From: a virus | Lineage: Duplodnaviria > Caudoviricetes | Virus record (IMG/VR): IMGVR_UViG_3300028591_000096 | DNA: 64,000 nucleotides | Reading direction: 5' to 3' (one strand) | In this document: positions 19,377 through 28,493 of the stretch, piece after piece | Layout of the letters: every line of letters starts with the position of its first letter | How positions within the stretch are numbered: the first letter of the stretch is position 1 | Program-made: the position numbers and the translations under genes | Notes under the pieces: model-generated | The model's input: the letters and a program-made list of their open reading frames with translations, nothing else | The model's database searches: none | What the model was told of the DNA's origin: nothing

Positions 19377-20405
19377 TCAACATATTGAGAGTAACGGATT
19401 TGAAAGCACGAAAAGAGAGCGGATACCTCCTCGAAAGGTTAAGGGGATTTCCACTTCCCCACCATCCTCGTTGATATATTTTATTTTTGGTTCGGTTGCG
19501 CCACTAAGTTTTTCTGTAACATATGCGAGTACAGACCATTCTTTAACGTTCCATAGACGTGAAGCTCCTACCATTTCCTCGTATGCTCTCTGACTTAACC
19601 CTCGATAATCCTTGATTAACATAGGGGCATATGTGATGAAATCTTCATCGTAACCCTCCTTTGCATTTATCTTCTGTGCTACATATTTCTTCAACCAATC
19701 GTTTACACCAAGCGAAGGAACATGAATTTTCATAGTATTTCCAGCAACATTGAAAATGAAACATTTATCATCTGGATTATAGAACTTCATGATTTCATCA
19801 GGAATCTTAATGAAATCAATCATTTCCTTAACAACAGGAATCTGCTTATCTTCTGAAATTGGAACCATAAGCTCATTCTCACCATCAATAAATGTAAATT
19901 CCTTGATTGCAAGAAGAATGTAGAATCTGTCGACATTCTTAAGATCCTTCCAACAGTTTCCTGGATAATTAGGATTCTTTACGTTACAACATTTCTCAAT
20001 CATATAGTTAAGAATATCATCAACTCTTGAAAGTTGGTTAATATCCTGATCATTCATTGTTGACCAGTGTTTGATTTCCTCACCTCTTGCAGCACGTATA
20101 CTTATTTCAAATCCATCTGGATAGAATAATCCCTGTGTAGGAAGAGTCTTAACATCAACCTTAAGCCATCCAATGTTATCCTTGTATTTTAATCCAGAAC
20201 CGTTTCCAGTTACAGGAGTACCTTCTCTACCATGTGTTCTGTTTTCTCTTGCTATTTCAGCCATAGATTTATATTCTGGTGCTTGTGGTTCAGCTGGTTG
20301 CTGTATAACCTCTACAGTAGCATCATTAAAAGGACTCTCTGTTATAGGAGTTTCCTCTGATGCAACATATGCACTCATTAAATCCTCTTCAGTTTTCTTC
20401 TTCAT
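19377..20405 (-). CDS. gp26-like baseplate hub assembly chaperone
   Basis: LPTQGLFYP...IRAARGEEIK...DRFYILLAIKEFTF pattern. Confidence 0.65.
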   Translation of the reverse strand: MKKKTEEDLMSAYVASEETPITESPFNDATVEVIQQPAEPQAPEYKSMAEIARENRTHGREGTPVTGNGSGLKYKDNIGWLKVDVKTLPTQGLFYPDGFEISIRAARGEEIKHWSTMNDQDINQLSRVDDILNYMIEKCCNVKNPNYPGNCWKDLKNVDRFYILLAIKEFTFIDGENELMVPISEDKQIPVVKEMIDFIKIPDEIMKFYNPDDKCFIFNVAGNTMKIHVPSLGVNDWLKKYVAQKINAKEGYDEDFITYAPMLIKDYRGLSQRAYEEMVGASRLWNVKEWSVLAYVTEKLSGATEPKIKYINEDGGEVEIPLTFRGGIRSLFVLSNPLLSIC

Positions 20406-20435
20406 TTGTGTATCAAATATAATTTGTCTTTATAA

Positions 20436-20466
20436 TATTATACGTTATTTTATCTAAAATGATTAA
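20436..20466 (-). promoter_or_regulatory. Bipartite motif TTAATC-N16-CGTATAATA
   Basis: Exact spacing match; upstream of the gp26-like gene. Confidence 0.75.
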
Positions 20467-22409
20467 ATAGAATAAATAAAATCAAACATTGAACTTACAG
20501 TTCCATCCTCATTATATGCAACAATAGACATCTTTCTTTCTTCTTCTGATACAGCAAGCATCTTGTTAATCATGGATGCGTTGAAATTGAATTCAAGTTC
20601 ACCAACATACAGATTCATATTTGTAGAGAATGTAGGATCAATAAGATTATTATTACCACCTTCATCCCTGAACAATAGTTTATAATACCCGTTAGACATA
20701 TCCATATACGAATATGTACCGTTGTTACCAAGAGTCTTAAATACAAATTTGTAAGACTTTGGAGCCTGGCTTACATTAAGCGTGTAGTTATATTCACCAT
20801 CCACAACATTACCTTGATCATCAAGTACAACCTCTGTCGAATTATAGAAAACTTTTATGTATTTTGTCTTCTGTACACCGTTCTGATTCTGTATATTCTC
20901 GTGTTTATGTTCAATAATTTTATTGTATATCTTATAAGGGGTAAGATCGGCAATCTTCAAACTTGTCCCCTTTACATAGTATCTTGACATGTTTCCATAC
21001 AATGACAAAGTTGAAATTTTAACAAACTGAATCTTATCATGTGCGTTTACAAGTCTCATCGTATATACAATTTGAACGTTATCTATATACATACCTACAG
21101 ACTCATCGAATATAATAGGTCTATAATAGAACTTATTAGGATCAGTATCATTAACAAATATCTGAGTCATTGAGTAAGTTTCTTCCTTGACAACATGATC
21201 TGCCATACAGAATGAACATTTTATCTCATGTATGACAAGCCATTTCTTCATATCATATTCAGGTTCATAATCATCACCAACCTCTTCATCATAATCATCT
21301 CTGATTAATGATCGATCATAAAGTCTTATACCTTTATTGAACGACCATACTGTATTAGCTGTTAATGGTTTATCTCTCCATGTTGCGTAGAATATAAGAT
21401 ACGGCATATCATTACATTCAGAAATATATGCTCCAAGATTATCAGAATTAAGATCAACTCTAGGAATAATTCCGTTAAGAATAGAAGATCTTGTAAAATC
21501 AAGAACAATATTATCCGTATCTATATCTGGAAACTCAGTCTTATCTGCATTAGTATACTCGTTTCTATCAAGAATCCTAGTAGACATGTCATCTTCTGTG
21601 ATATACGCAAAACTTAACTTTATCTGAGTATCATCATTTATGTTCAGTGCATTGAATAGCTCAGTATCATAATGTTTATGATTATATCTGTTCTGTATAA
21701 GATCCCATACACAAGCAACATTCACCTCAATGTATCTGTCATATATGTTATTACCGAACATCGTTGGATTTATTGAGAATTTACAAAGCTTGTAGAATGT
21801 TGACTTGTTGATGAATATGTCACATAAGTCAATAAGTCTGTCAGTCTCTATGACTTTTCCAGTACTGTCCTTTATATCGTTTCCGCTTACAGATATTCTC
21901 ATATATATGCCATAGATATTACTGAAATCATAACCGTTTACAAAATATAATCTAGCAGAATCCCATCTTACATCAGTGATATTTGAATAATAATGCTCAA
22001 GTGGTGCTGAATTATTGTTGAACGGATTAAGCATGTGCTTTTCATACATCCTTGCTTTGATCTGATTGTAGTATATATCGTTCATTATGCTTTCATCTAT
22101 ATACTTATAATCTGGATCAAGGAAATAGAAAAACATTGAATCTTGAGCATCAGACGGTACCACTGTATGGTTAAGTGTATTTATAGATAAAGGATTCTTC
22201 ATGATCTTATACTTGTCATTACTTTCCTCGTCTATAGTCTTAACACACTCATATGAAATAGGTGAAAACAAAAGCGTGTGATTATCCTTCAGCTTTGTAT
22301 ATATAAAAGACGTTGGGTTTGACTCGTCAGCATTGTTTGGACCTTCATGCATGACATATTCAAACATCATAATATCGCTAATCTGTAAAAATCTACTCTT
22401 CAGTGCCAT
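20463..22409 (-). CDS. Hypothetical structural protein (648 aa)
   Basis: Long ORF among tail and baseplate genes. Confidence 0.7.
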   Translation of the reverse strand: MALKSRFLQISDIMMFEYVMHEGPNNADESNPTSFIYTKLKDNHTLLFSPISYECVKTIDEESNDKYKIMKNPLSINTLNHTVVPSDAQDSMFFYFLDPDYKYIDESIMNDIYYNQIKARMYEKHMLNPFNNNSAPLEHYYSNITDVRWDSARLYFVNGYDFSNIYGIYMRISVSGNDIKDSTGKVIETDRLIDLCDIFINKSTFYKLCKFSINPTMFGNNIYDRYIEVNVACVWDLIQNRYNHKHYDTELFNALNINDDTQIKLSFAYITEDDMSTRILDRNEYTNADKTEFPDIDTDNIVLDFTRSSILNGIIPRVDLNSDNLGAYISECNDMPYLIFYATWRDKPLTANTVWSFNKGIRLYDRSLIRDDYDEEVGDDYEPEYDMKKWLVIHEIKCSFCMADHVVKEETYSMTQIFVNDTDPNKFYYRPIIFDESVGMYIDNVQIVYTMRLVNAHDKIQFVKISTLSLYGNMSRYYVKGTSLKIADLTPYKIYNKIIEHKHENIQNQNGVQKTKYIKVFYNSTEVVLDDQGNVVDGEYNYTLNVSQAPKSYKFVFKTLGNNGTYSYMDMSNGYYKLLFRDEGGNNNLIDPTFSTNMNLYVGELEFNFNASMINKMLAVSEEERKMSIVAYNEDGTVSSMFDFIYSI

Positions 22410-23155
22410 TAGAATGAAAATAGTTTACGACCTATCGTCACCTGTAATCCTGGTAATATCACAATCTTGCTGTCATATACAGAGATTGTCGGACCTACTC
22501 CGACAACAACACCCCATTTTTTATCGAATCTCTTTTTTATGACGGAAGATTCCTCTGGTGAGATGATCGATCCGTTTAAACTATTTATCTGACAATATGG
22601 ATTGTCTGACTTTGCAATAAATGATAATTGATTATTCTTCTCTATAAGATCTATCGTTATGGTGTTAGGAAACGAAATTGAATCAAATTTAGTTATACCA
22701 ATCATAGTACTTATATCAAACGTGGATCTTCCAGAAATATTAACCCATTGATCTTTATAGTTCATATTGAAAGTATAGTTACCTGAAGGATCTACAGTAA
22801 CAGTATCTTTAATAACCTTATCTTTAAATTCAGTAACAGTTTTAACTTTCGTCACAACTACAGGATTATCCTTAAGATTCTTCACTTCAGCATACAATTC
22901 AGAATTACTCTTCTTCAGATCCTTGATTTCAGTTATATATGTTTTTTGTTGTGAATATAATTCACCAACTTTATTCTTATATACCGTTAAAGTATCTTGA
23001 GAAGTATTTTGTATATCATTAAAATCATTTTTCAGATTTTTATATTTAAAAAATAAAATTACCAAAGCAATCAATGAAGAAACAATAACAACATGTTTCC
23101 AATCTTTAAATATCCATACAAAAATATTTTTGAGGAATTTAAAAAAAGTATTCAT
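22409..23155 (-). CDS. Membrane-anchored coiled-coil protein with C-terminal amphipathic beta-hairpin (lysis/spanin candidate)
   Basis: N-terminal TM, coiled coil, C-terminus KKWGVVVGVGP...GLQVTIGRKLFSF ending in Phe. Confidence 0.6.
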   Translation of the reverse strand: MNTFFKFLKNIFVWIFKDWKHVVIVSSLIALVILFFKYKNLKNDFNDIQNTSQDTLTVYKNKVGELYSQQKTYITEIKDLKKSNSELYAEVKNLKDNPVVVTKVKTVTEFKDKVIKDTVTVDPSGNYTFNMNYKDQWVNISGRSTFDISTMIGITKFDSISFPNTITIDLIEKNNQLSFIAKSDNPYCQINSLNGSIISPEESSVIKKRFDKKWGVVVGVGPTISVYDSKIVILPGLQVTIGRKLFSF

Positions 23156-23329
23156 TTTCTGTTTTAATATATTTTTAAAAAAAGATTTCCTTTCTTACAA
23201 TATTTATAATTTTATAAAATTTCAGAGGAATCTCTAATAAAAGTTTAACTTTTGACGGGTGTTTTGCGTTCTAAGAATATTTATAATATTAATATAAAAT
23301 ATATATAATTTTTCAAATTGTCCTCAATT

Positions 23330-23360
23330 TATTATACGCAACTTTTTGAAAAACGATTAA
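23330..23360 (-). promoter_or_regulatory. Bipartite motif TTAATC-N16-CGTATAATA
   Basis: Exact spacing match in an AT-rich intergenic region. Confidence 0.7.
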
Positions 23361-23512
23361 ACTTTTGAGAACTTTTTTTCAAAATTTTTTTCATTTTTAT
23401 TGTAAGTTATTGAAAATCAATAAAATAAAAATTAATTTAGATTAATTCTAAATAACAATTTTATTATTATTAATATAAAAACAAAATAAGTTATTGAAAA
23501 TCAACAATTTAT

Positions 23513-24268
23513 TTAATTTAACTTAACTGTGTCTGAAAGTATTTCCTTAAAATCTCTCCCAGCTAATGTTGAAACACCAGTAGGATATTTAGTATTAAGC
23601 TCAGTTACTATTTGTTGCAGCACACTTATAAGTTTCTCTCCTTTTACTGCTGTTGCTGCTGCATTTTCTCCTAACATGATGCTGCTTGCATTTACATTTG
23701 CTGTTGGTGCATTGATGTTAACTGTTGCACCAGCTGCTATGTTTATCTCTCCATTAGCATTACTTCCTCCCTCACCAGTAGTTGCTATATTGATATTATA
23801 GTCGTTAACTTCTATTACGTTGCTATTATTTTTATGTTTGAGTTGTATTGATCCGTTAGCATCAATAAGAATCATTGATCCTCCGAGCCACATCTTATAC
23901 CCAGTCATTGGCTGATATATAACTATAAGATCCTTTTCTGAATCATATAGCATCACATGTGTGTTCTGATAATCGTCTTTTATCTCATCTATCAGTGCTG
24001 GATCAATATTTTGTATGTTGCTGTATTCACCAGAATATATATTACCAAATGGGAATCTTACTCTAACTATTGTTCCAACTTTTGGTATTGATATATTGCC
24101 AAAACCGTTTCCGCTACTGAATATTGTAGATGATTGTGGTGTAAACCATGGTATGTTTTCTATTTCAAATGTATCAAATAATCCAAAAACCTGCACTTTA
24201 CATCTTCCAGAGAATGTGGGATCCTCATTGTATACAACTCTACCTAAAAAGTCCTTGCTTAAATCCAT
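23513..24268 (-). CDS. gp5/gpV-like baseplate central spike (OB-fold, no lysozyme domain)
   Basis: GRVVYNEDPTFSGRCKVQVFG...IPW..P...IPKVGTIVRV followed by beta-helix-like repeats. Confidence 0.8.
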   Translation of the reverse strand: MDLSKDFLGRVVYNEDPTFSGRCKVQVFGLFDTFEIENIPWFTPQSSTIFSSGNGFGNISIPKVGTIVRVRFPFGNIYSGEYSNIQNIDPALIDEIKDDYQNTHVMLYDSEKDLIVIYQPMTGYKMWLGGSMILIDANGSIQLKHKNNSNVIEVNDYNINIATTGEGGSNANGEINIAAGATVNINAPTANVNASSIMLGENAAATAVKGEKLISVLQQIVTELNTKYPTGVSTLAGRDFKEILSDTVKLN

Positions 24269-24273
24269 TATAT

Positions 24274-26235
24274 TTATTCTTGATTTTTTATTACACGATA
24301 ATTCTTAAGAAATTCTCTCATGCTATAATCTTCAGATGTTGCTGTTGATTCTTCAAGTTGTCTCACAAATTCTTCAAATGAATTGTTTGCTATCATTGCA
24401 CGTTTTTCATCTGATACACCTTGTGCTGCCATAGACTTCATTTCTGGACCATTATATATTCTATCAACAGCTGCGTTCATCATTTCACCTATAGATTGCA
24501 TAGCCGAAACCTGTTCTTTCTGAGGATTTGTTGCCAAACTTTTGGTTCCAATTATACTATCACTTACACCAGCATGTGTTGCAATAGAAACAGCTTCATT
24601 CATAGCTGTTGCGAATAACCCAGATCTGGCTGCATTTTGTGATGAACTTCCAGGTATATAGTTCATTCTGTTATTGTTATTTATAATTTCGTTTGGTAAT
24701 CTCTTTACACTTATTGTGTTTGCTTTAGATTGACCGACATTATCGTTAAGATTATGAAGATAATTAACTTGTCTATCACCAATTGAGGTATCAACGTATT
24801 TTTTATTAAGTGCATCATCATTGAGGAAATTACCAAGAAATGCAGCATTACTGTCTCTTGCTTGGAACAAAGTTCCAAACCTATTGATAGATTTTAGGTT
24901 GCCTTCTAATTGACCATCGACATTTATTCTATCGATAATCGTTTTCATATATCCGTCTTTACAAGCCTGTAATGTAGCATTCAAAGGATATGACTGCTTT
25001 TCTCTTACTTGTCCTACCTTTATTTTAATTTTTGGTCTTGGTGATGATGTATCTTTGTTTGATGAATTTAGTTCAGATATGTGCGATAATGTATTTTTAA
25101 TGTCAAATTCGCACATATGACATTCAAAACAAAGTGTAGGCATAACTTCATTTATAGCATTGTTACAATATTCAAGCTGATTCAATGCTCCAGTAATGGA
25201 GTCATAGACACCAAGTGCTGTATTTACTGTTCCTGATGTATAATTTAAAGCTTTTGTTATTATACTTTTTGTACCTAAGAATGATTGAGATACAGCAGTT
25301 GATTGTGTTAAATTATTGGAATCGTTTTTAACTAATCCCAAGAAACTACCACCAGATTCATCAACCTGTCCGTTGTATGTCATATTTCGATATGCTGCAT
25401 CTCCGAAATTCCAAATACCTACTGTTCCGTCCTCGTTCTTTACATCACTGAATAATCTTATCTCTGAAACGTATATTCTCATTCCGAAATATCTCATCAT
25501 ATCTGGTAATATCCATCTCTGATATACATCATCCCATACAATCTTTCTATAAAGCTGAAGAAGTTGTGTTATTTTAAGATCAAGTCCTTCCATGCATTCT
25601 AGTGTGATCTCACCTTCTTTTACACGTATACCTTCTTCTGGATTTATTGATGTTAGTGTATCGATTCCGCTTAGTGATGTGAAATAATACGGAAAGTTTT
25701 CCTGTATATCTTTTAATGCGCGTTTGAATGTATGTAGAAGCATAGCTCTTCCGTGATCACCGATGTTAAAATCAAGGTAATTCTCAGTTGAATACAATAT
25801 ACCAACAGAAGTATCTGTAGGTTTCATAGCGCTTTTTTCATCTCTTGTAAAGAAATCATTTAGAAAAGGTTCTGGCATATAGTCATACATCTGGCTGTAG
25901 AACGCAGTTCTTATAGCACTATCGTTGATTCCTTGGTTGTTATATACTGTGTTTCTCATTGTCATTTCTGGATCGTTGAACATAAATTCAACCCTAAATG
26001 AAAGATACGTTGGCTCATCAAAAGCTCTAGCAAAGAAATTTGGTACAAACTGACTATTTTGTGCAAGAAAACCATTTGTATTAAAGTCTCGTATAGCACC
26101 AACGGACATCTCTTTACCGTTAAGGCTTTTTATTTTCTTTATAATACTCCCAGTACTCCCAGCAATGTTTCCGAATGAGCTAAGGGCGTTTCCGTACCCT
26201 CCACCAATATTTAATATTTGATCTGTTATAGCCAT
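24274..26235 (-). CDS. Baseplate/tail-tube-like protein
   Basis: 653 aa; ITLECMEGLDL..QLYRK.VWD tube-like segment; between hub and spike genes. Confidence 0.45.
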   Translation of the reverse strand: MAITDQILNIGGGYGNALSSFGNIAGSTGSIIKKIKSLNGKEMSVGAIRDFNTNGFLAQNSQFVPNFFARAFDEPTYLSFRVEFMFNDPEMTMRNTVYNNQGINDSAIRTAFYSQMYDYMPEPFLNDFFTRDEKSAMKPTDTSVGILYSTENYLDFNIGDHGRAMLLHTFKRALKDIQENFPYYFTSLSGIDTLTSINPEEGIRVKEGEITLECMEGLDLKITQLLQLYRKIVWDDVYQRWILPDMMRYFGMRIYVSEIRLFSDVKNEDGTVGIWNFGDAAYRNMTYNGQVDESGGSFLGLVKNDSNNLTQSTAVSQSFLGTKSIITKALNYTSGTVNTALGVYDSITGALNQLEYCNNAINEVMPTLCFECHMCEFDIKNTLSHISELNSSNKDTSSPRPKIKIKVGQVREKQSYPLNATLQACKDGYMKTIIDRINVDGQLEGNLKSINRFGTLFQARDSNAAFLGNFLNDDALNKKYVDTSIGDRQVNYLHNLNDNVGQSKANTISVKRLPNEIINNNNRMNYIPGSSSQNAARSGLFATAMNEAVSIATHAGVSDSIIGTKSLATNPQKEQVSAMQSIGEMMNAAVDRIYNGPEMKSMAAQGVSDEKRAMIANNSFEEFVRQLEESTATSEDYSMREFLKNYRVIKNQE

Positions 26236-26238
26236 TTA

Positions 26239-27870
26239 TTATTCAGTTTTTTTATCTTTTGCTATAGCCTCTGGTGCTGGCCATTCTCTTCTTTTTAAAA
26301 CGTATTTTGTTGTATACGGTGAAACTCCTTCGTTGAATATAGGGTTGTATACATATTCAACACTGTCTACAATATAATATCCAGAATAAAATTTATTAAT
26401 CTGTCTGTGCTCATCGTTACCTGTTGCATTATTGTACATATCATTTTCAAATGAGTTTGTGAAACCTATTATAACAGGTATTCTTTCACCTTTCATTATC
26501 TGTAGATTTAGACCTTCACATACAACTTCTAGATACATTTTATTTAATTCATTGATATTCTGTGTATTATGATATGGTGCTCTATTGTAGTTTTTATGTA
26601 CGTTTCCAGACCACTCGTTTGGATTTTTTGTTTTATCATCATCGCTCATTACATATTCAACACCAGTCCATTCTGCTCTGTTATATGTTCCTATGTATTC
26701 ATGATTTACACGTGCCTGTTCGTTATCTGGATTTTTACCAGCTTCATATTTTGCTCTACCTCGAAGAAGTATGAACGAATCGGTTTTATTTTGATCATAT
26801 GCTGGAATGTTAGTAAGTTCTTCAAAACAATCATAATCCCCGCTATTAATTATATTCTGGTTATGCTTGAATGTAAAACTGGATGTACTGTATCCAGTTG
26901 ACATTGATATAGCTGATGATTGATTTATAGGATTCCATCTTCTTATTAAGAATGGTGTGTTTTTAAATTCTGACATTGTTGTAAGAACTTTAACTGACAT
27001 TCTTGCACTACCCACAGATGTATCAGTGGCTAATTGATTATACATATTCATGATATTCGTTGCAAAAGTAATATCTACATCTTCTTCATTTTCCGTAGAT
27101 AGAAGAAATTTGTTAACGTTTACAAAGCAGATGTTATAGTATAAATCAATCCATGCTTTAAAGAAAGATGTTTCGTTTTTCCACGAATGACTAATAACGT
27201 TTTCTATAAAAGTTTGAGTTGTTTCCCTACATTGTATCCAGTTCATGAAATCATCCGTATCATCAAAATCATTATATGCAAATCCTAAACCGAATTTTTT
27301 TGCAATCTCTTTCATTACAAACTTACTTGAGCCAGCAAATGCATCAATTGAAGTTCTTGAATCAAAAGCCTCTATAAAAAGCCTACCACTAAGTGATATA
27401 CTTGAACTCATTTCACCCCTTGTTGCATTAAATCCATTACAGTTTGTTATTACAAAATCATCTCTTAAATATGTAAGAGCAGCAGTATCAACACGTATGA
27501 ATATAGAAATTATATCTCCATCCTTTGGCATGTTTTTACTGATGAAATTAACATTTTCAAACATAAGATTTAATGATATTGTAGGCATAAATCCATCCAT
27601 TGATAGTGTCATTGATCTTATATTAGATCTTGATAGTATCATATCATTGATTCGTATCATAGGATAAACGAGACCAAGTTCGTCCATCTTTTTGTTTCCA
27701 CCTTGTTCTGTGGTTGGATCTGGTCCGTTATCTATAGACATTTCATCAAAACGTATAGTCTTATGAATTTCTGAGTCTTCAACAAGCCTCACGATATTGG
27801 AAGATTGTATATCTTGTGATTGATTATAAGATGAAGGTCTATCTGTTATGTTATTTAATATTAATTTCAT
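26239..27870 (-). CDS. gp27-like baseplate hub protein
   Basis: Hub-like layout with C-terminal FYSGYYIVDSVEYVY; context between gp53-like and gp5-like genes. Confidence 0.6.
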   Translation of the reverse strand: MKLILNNITDRPSSYNQSQDIQSSNIVRLVEDSEIHKTIRFDEMSIDNGPDPTTEQGGNKKMDELGLVYPMIRINDMILSRSNIRSMTLSMDGFMPTISLNLMFENVNFISKNMPKDGDIISIFIRVDTAALTYLRDDFVITNCNGFNATRGEMSSSISLSGRLFIEAFDSRTSIDAFAGSSKFVMKEIAKKFGLGFAYNDFDDTDDFMNWIQCRETTQTFIENVISHSWKNETSFFKAWIDLYYNICFVNVNKFLLSTENEEDVDITFATNIMNMYNQLATDTSVGSARMSVKVLTTMSEFKNTPFLIRRWNPINQSSAISMSTGYSTSSFTFKHNQNIINSGDYDCFEELTNIPAYDQNKTDSFILLRGRAKYEAGKNPDNEQARVNHEYIGTYNRAEWTGVEYVMSDDDKTKNPNEWSGNVHKNYNRAPYHNTQNINELNKMYLEVVCEGLNLQIMKGERIPVIIGFTNSFENDMYNNATGNDEHRQINKFYSGYYIVDSVEYVYNPIFNEGVSPYTTKYVLKRREWPAPEAIAKDKKTE

Positions 27871-28475
27871 TATTTACTGTTTTTTAATGCTGAATTTAAG
27901 AATTCACCTAATGATGTTCCGTTTGTTGCACAGTTTACAATAGATGAATCTACTTTTGTTATCTGATCGTCAATGTCACCAAAATAAATCTTTCCATCTT
28001 TTATTGTTAATCCAGTATCTCCTGTCTTTGATATATTTGCTTCAGAATCTTTATTAGAACTAGGAATACTGATATTAACTTTATCTGATCCTGGTTTTTC
28101 TGGAACTTTGCTTTTATCTATGTATTTGTGATAATTTTTCACAGCGTCAAATACACCAGTATTATCAATTTCTGCATCTTTTACTGGATTATATATGTCT
28201 GACATCGATGCACAGTATATAAGATCATCTTTTTCTATTGCAAATGGGTTGTTTATTAATGAATATTTTAGTATCATTTCTGTATAGTCCGTAGTGCCAT
28301 AAAGTACATATGAGACAAGATCTGGTCTCATTTCATACTCTTTTCTTACTTTGTATACGCTGCAAATTTGAGTCATTGCTTTGTTTGGATCGAATATTCC
28401 ATCAGCAAGATCTATAACGTCGATACCTTGATCTATTTTGTATGTTCCTTTTGAGTCTAAAGTTCTTGTAAACAT
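27870..28475 (-). CDS. gp53-like baseplate wedge protein (LysM-like)
   Basis: EMRPDLVSYVLYGTTDY..MILKY..INNPF. Confidence 0.75.
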   Translation of the reverse strand: MFTRTLDSKGTYKIDQGIDVIDLADGIFDPNKAMTQICSVYKVRKEYEMRPDLVSYVLYGTTDYTEMILKYSLINNPFAIEKDDLIYCASMSDIYNPVKDAEIDNTGVFDAVKNYHKYIDKSKVPEKPGSDKVNISIPSSNKDSEANISKTGDTGLTIKDGKIYFGDIDDQITKVDSSIVNCATNGTSLGEFLNSALKNSK

Positions 28476-28493
28476 TTTTATTAATATTATTTT

